From: an uncultured Verrucomicrobiota bacterium
GTDB taxonomy: Bacteria; Verrucomicrobiota; Verrucomicrobiia; Opitutales; Seribacteraceae
Reading direction: 5' to 3'
NCBI GenBank assembly: GCA_902580225.1
Contig: CACHJU010000002.1
Coordinates: 28,500 to 92,499, forward strand
Length of the DNA: 64,000 nt
Shown here: one piece after another, positions 60,821 through 64,000 of the stretch
Layout: each line of letters starts with the position of its first letter
Position numbering within the stretch: position 1 is the first letter of the stretch
The notes under the pieces: model-generated
What the model saw: the letters and a program-made list of their open reading frames with translations, nothing else
Told to the model about the DNA's origin: nothing
The model's database searches: none
Position numbers and translations under genes: made by a program

Positions 60821-62050
60821 ATGGTAACAAGATGTAGAATTTGCGGATCAAATAAACTCTTTAAATTTCTCGATTTGGGCTTTACCCCACCTGCTGACCA
60901 ATTTTTGAGAGAGGATCAATTAAAACAACCGGAGACATACTACCCACTGACTGTATTGATGTGTGAGGAATGCAGTCTTGCGCAACTCAGTTATGTGGTG
61001 CCCGGAGAAGTGCTTTACCGTCGCGATTACCCTTATGAATCCTCAATGACACAATCTGGGCAACTGCACTGGGATGAGTTTGCGGAGTCAGTCTGTAAAA
61101 AATACCAAGTAAAAAAAGATGACTTAGTTGTGGATATAGGAAGTAATGTGGGGGTGCTCCTTGGCTCCTTCTCAAAACAAGGAGCTAGTACATTGGGAAT
61201 TGATCCAGCAAGTAATATTGTACGTATCGCCGAAAAGAGGGGTATTGAAACCTGGGATGAATTCTTCTCTCCACGAATCGCTAAAAAAGTTGTTAAAGAA
61301 AAAAAAACCGCTTCGGTAATTACCGCCACCAATGTATTTGCTCATGTCGATGACCTCAAATCTTTCATGGAAGCAGTAAATATTTTGATGTCAAAGAATG
61401 GAATCTTCATATTCGAAGCTCCTTATTTTGGAAACTTGGTCAATTTTCTTGAGTACGATACTATCTATCATGAGCATTTATCATATCTACTGCTTGAACC
61501 GATCATCAAACTAGCAAATCAATTTGATATGGAAGTTTCCGATGTCATTGAAAGAGACATTCACGGGGGTTCCTTCCGCGTTTTCATTTCTAGAACCGGA
61601 GAACGACCAGTTAATCAAAGGGTAGCCAGTTTTCTTAAACGAGAAAAAGACAGCAAATGGAGTTGTCCAGAAACCCTAGCCAAGTTTTCCCAAAAAGTTA
61701 AGAGAAACAGAGAGGCATTGATCTCTATTTTAAACTCGCTCAAATCAAGTGGAAAAAAAGTAGCAGCGGTCAGTGCACCAGCGAAAGGGATGACTTTACT
61801 AAACTATTGTCGGATTGGAACGGAAACATTGGAATTCGTTACTGAAAAAAGCACACTTAAGATAGGAAGACACTGCCCTGGCGTACATATTCCTGTAGTG
61901 GGAGACGACTCGCTTGTTAGTAATAATATCGATTATGCCCTTTTACTCGCTTGGAACTTTTCCGAAGAGATTATGAACAACCTTAAGAAATTCAGAGAAA
62001 ATGGAGGAAAATTCATTATACCAATCCCACACCCAAGGATAATTGACTAA
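60821..62050 (+). CDS. NDP-hexose C3-methyltransferase (second copy)
   Basis: CRIC...C..C..QL, VDIGSNVG, NVFAH, DTIYHEH, HGGSFR, APAKG.TLLNY, LAWNF, FIIPIP. Confidence 0.9.
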   Translation: MVTRCRICGSNKLFKFLDLGFTPPADQFLREDQLKQPETYYPLTVLMCEECSLAQLSYVVPGEVLYRRDYPYESSMTQSGQLHWDEFAESVCKKYQVKKDDLVVDIGSNVGVLLGSFSKQGASTLGIDPASNIVRIAEKRGIETWDEFFSPRIAKKVVKEKKTASVITATNVFAHVDDLKSFMEAVNILMSKNGIFIFEAPYFGNLVNFLEYDTIYHEHLSYLLLEPIIKLANQFDMEVSDVIERDIHGGSFRVFISRTGERPVNQRVASFLKREKDSKWSCPETLAKFSQKVKRNREALISILNSLKSSGKKVAAVSAPAKGMTLLNYCRIGTETLEFVTEKSTLKIGRHCPGVHIPVVGDDSLVSNNIDYALLLAWNFSEEIMNNLKKFRENGGKFIIPIPHPRIID

Positions 62051-62067
62051 CCCATTAACGAAAATCT

Positions 62068-62445
62068 ATGGAAATCAAGAAAATTAAATGTATACAGAAA
62101 GATGAAAGAGGATCAATTACAGATATTGTGGAGCAAATTGACTTCAATGGGGCAACCATAATCCTAAGCAAGTCAGGCTCGGTAAGAGGAAATCATTTTC
62201 ACAAGAAAACCATCCAGCATATCTATGTACTTTCCGGCAAAATGAAATGCTTGGCTCAGAAACCTCAGCAAAAAGTAATAATGGCAACAGTCGAGCAGGG
62301 GGATTTGGTCTCTCATGATCTCCTTGAATCTCATTCTTTTGAAGCTTTGGAAGATACTCTTTTTTTAGTTCTTTCATCTGGTTTACGAACAGGTAAAGAT
62401 TACGAAAAAGATACCTATCGGCTAGAATCCCCACTCAAATTTTGA
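62068..62445 (+). CDS. Cupin-domain protein (sugar isomerase/epimerase, FdtA/WxcM-like)
   Basis: DERG, VRGNHFH, YVLSG, SHSF, DYE.DT. Confidence 0.75.
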   Translation: MEIKKIKCIQKDERGSITDIVEQIDFNGATIILSKSGSVRGNHFHKKTIQHIYVLSGKMKCLAQKPQQKVIMATVEQGDLVSHDLLESHSFEALEDTLFLVLSSGLRTGKDYEKDTYRLESPLKF

Positions 62446-62502
62446 ATTTTTACGGGACAGCCTAATTGCTAGCAATAAAGTTAATACTATGTACAAGTTG
62501 AG

Positions 62503-63291
62503 ATGAATGTTTTCGGCGAATTTGCAAAGTACTATGACTTGATTCACGAGAAGAAGAATTACCAGAAAGAATCGGCATATATCAACGGATTAATTCAAAA
62601 TTACAACTCCGGTGCAAAGACAATTTTGGATATAGGTTGCGGAACTGGAAACTACGCATTCGCAATGCAAGAATTGGGTTATCAGGTGAACGGCGTCGAT
62701 TCCAGTTCCGATATGATCCAGATTGCAAATGGTAAATTATCCAAAAGTAAATACACTTCTAGCTCTCCATCTTTTTCCTGTGGAAGAATGGAAGATTATG
62801 ATTGTCAAAAAAAATTTGACGCCGTCATATGTTTGTTTTTCTCACTATGCTACCAAACTACAGACGATCTTATTTTCAAATCACTGAGCCGATTCAAAGA
62901 TCAAATTAAGGATAACGGAATTTTAATTTTTGATTTTTGGCATAAAGACGGAGTATTGAGTCAAAAACCTGAATTGAAAATACAAAACTACTCGACTGAG
63001 GATCTTGAAATAACCAAGCTAGTTCAACCGAAATTGGATGTTTCATTTGATTGCGTTGGAATTGACTACACTTTTTATTTAGAAAACAAAAAGAATGAAA
63101 TATCCAAGTTCAAAGAATTTCATAATCTTCGCTATCTCAAACCCAAACTCTTAGTTAAATTCCTAAAGGAACTCAGTTTTAAAGTACTAAAGATCGAGGG
63201 ATGGATGACTGAGCAAAAGCTACAAGAAAACGAATGGTCTGGAATAATCGTCGCCATGCCTGATTGGAGTCAAAGTCCAAAAAAAACTTAA
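62503..63291 (+). CDS. Class I SAM-dependent methyltransferase
   Basis: YYDL...K.Y..E, ILDIGCGTG, GVD.S, FDAVICLF, GILIFDFW, E.H.LRY. Confidence 0.88.
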   Translation: MNVFGEFAKYYDLIHEKKNYQKESAYINGLIQNYNSGAKTILDIGCGTGNYAFAMQELGYQVNGVDSSSDMIQIANGKLSKSKYTSSSPSFSCGRMEDYDCQKKFDAVICLFFSLCYQTTDDLIFKSLSRFKDQIKDNGILIFDFWHKDGVLSQKPELKIQNYSTEDLEITKLVQPKLDVSFDCVGIDYTFYLENKKNEISKFKEFHNLRYLKPKLLVKFLKELSFKVLKIEGWMTEQKLQENEWSGIIVAMPDWSQSPKKT

Positions 63292-63296
63292 ATGTC

Positions 63297-63533
63297 ATGA
63301 ATATTATTGAAAAGATTTTTAAGCATGTCCCTGTACAAGTTGGTTTCTCGACACTCCCCGAAAGCTCTTATTTATTAGGTTCTCAGCTTCTCAATAAACC
63401 AGAATCCAGCAACAGCTTTACCGCCATTTTTTGTAAAGCTTTTAGAGAACAAGGAACAACCTTCCCTACTACCTTTGAGCATCAGTTTTCTTTACTAAAT
63501 AACCCAAAACATCAAACTGATCTTCCAAGTTAG
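63297..63533 (+). CDS. Small hypothetical protein or gene fragment
   Basis: Co-directional ORF filling the gap between two genes (ATG 63297); no recognisable motif. Confidence 0.3.
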   Translation: MNIIEKIFKHVPVQVGFSTLPESSYLLGSQLLNKPESSNSFTAIFCKAFREQGTTFPTTFEHQFSLLNNPKHQTDLPS

Positions 63534-63535
63534 GA

Positions 63536-64000
63536 TTGAACTCGAAGAAGCCAGTTTCCATCTCAGCGATAATCCCTTGCTTCAACCACTGGGAATCACT
63601 ACACACGGCTGTTAAAAGTATAAAGAATCAATCATTACCCGTAACAGAAACTCTCATTATTGACGACGGTTCTTTTGAACCTTGCCCAATTGAGGAACTG
63701 ATTGAAGATTCTAAGATACGTATTATCAGATTGAATCAAAATCGTGGAAGAGGTTACTGTCGTGACCTTGCTTTTAGGGAAACCTCGGGAGAGTATGTTC
63801 TTAACCTTGATGCAACTAATTCACTTGAGGAGCGATTCATTGAAAAAGCTCTGCCACATTTTTCGACTTCACAGATAGCCGCAGTATATGGAGCACTTAT
63901 TTCCAAAAAAAAAGACAGGGCAGTAGATCGATGGCGATCAAGACATTTATTCCAAGAATCAAGTCTTAAAGAAGCTTCAGCAGAAACATGCTCTATGTTA
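63536..64000 (+). CDS. GT2 glycosyltransferase, 3'-truncated by window edge (not in ORF track)
   Basis: TTG start; MNSKKPVSISAIIPCFN..SIKNQS..IIDDGS..NRGRG..R..GEYVL.LDA. Confidence 0.88.
   Translation, partial: MNSKKPVSISAIIPCFNHWESLHTAVKSIKNQSLPVTETLIIDDGSFEPCPIEELIEDSKIRIIRLNQNRGRGYCRDLAFRETSGEYVLNLDATNSLEERFIEKALPHFSTSQIAAVYGALISKKKDRAVDRWRSRHLFQESSLKEASAETCSML

Larger units (their letters stand above)
1..64000 (+). other. Surface polysaccharide (O-antigen/capsule) biosynthesis gene island, extending beyond both window ends
   Basis: All credible genes are on the + strand, tightly packed or overlapping. They encode NDP-sugar enzymes, glycosyltransferases, methyltransferases and a Wzm/Wzt exporter; no housekeeping genes are present. 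Confidence 0.95.

Noticed and set aside
4479-62434. Short minus-strand and alternate-frame ORFs in the ORF track (e.g. 49017-49511, 46306-46698, 17422-17784)
   Set aside because: All overlap well-supported + strand genes and lack motifs; they are shadow ORFs.
1-64000. CRISPR arrays, tRNA/rRNA, IS elements, strong intrinsic terminators
   Set aside because: No repeat-spacer periodicity, RNA gene signatures, transposase motifs or GC-rich hairpin-polyT elements were recognised by eye.

Overview
AT-rich bacterial window that lies entirely inside one very large, co-directional (+ strand) surface-polysaccharide (O-antigen/capsule) biosynthesis island of about 62 genes, cut at both ends. Its modules are: a NodU/CmcH carbamoyltransferase with SxtJ-like and DUF5989/SxtK-like membrane partners; Wzm/Wzt ABC export; sugar C-methylation cassettes; a nonulosonic-acid cassette (CBS-NeuB-SAF-TIM fusion, NeuA, atypical DapA-like aldolase, putative sialyltransferase); a GDP-heptose cassette (HddC, DmhA/Gmd-like, HddA) with a split transketolase and three degenerate SDRs; polyprenol-phosphate GT2 + methyltransferase + GT-C modules; three membrane-anchored SGNH proteins; three PhyH-type dioxygenases; and about 15 SAM methyltransferases. 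The best candidate for an undescribed system is a trans-membrane carbamoyl relay: carbamoyltransferase -> SxtJ -> peptide ending in a DltX/AlgI-like PFIYTLF motif -> SGNH transferase. A 13-codon carbamoyltransferase stub coupled to an SGNH gene supports that link. Other points are frequent TTG starts, at least five genes that appear to need ATT/ATA starts, and decayed gene remnants marking cassette exchange. All product calls come from motifs read by eye; no database search was run.
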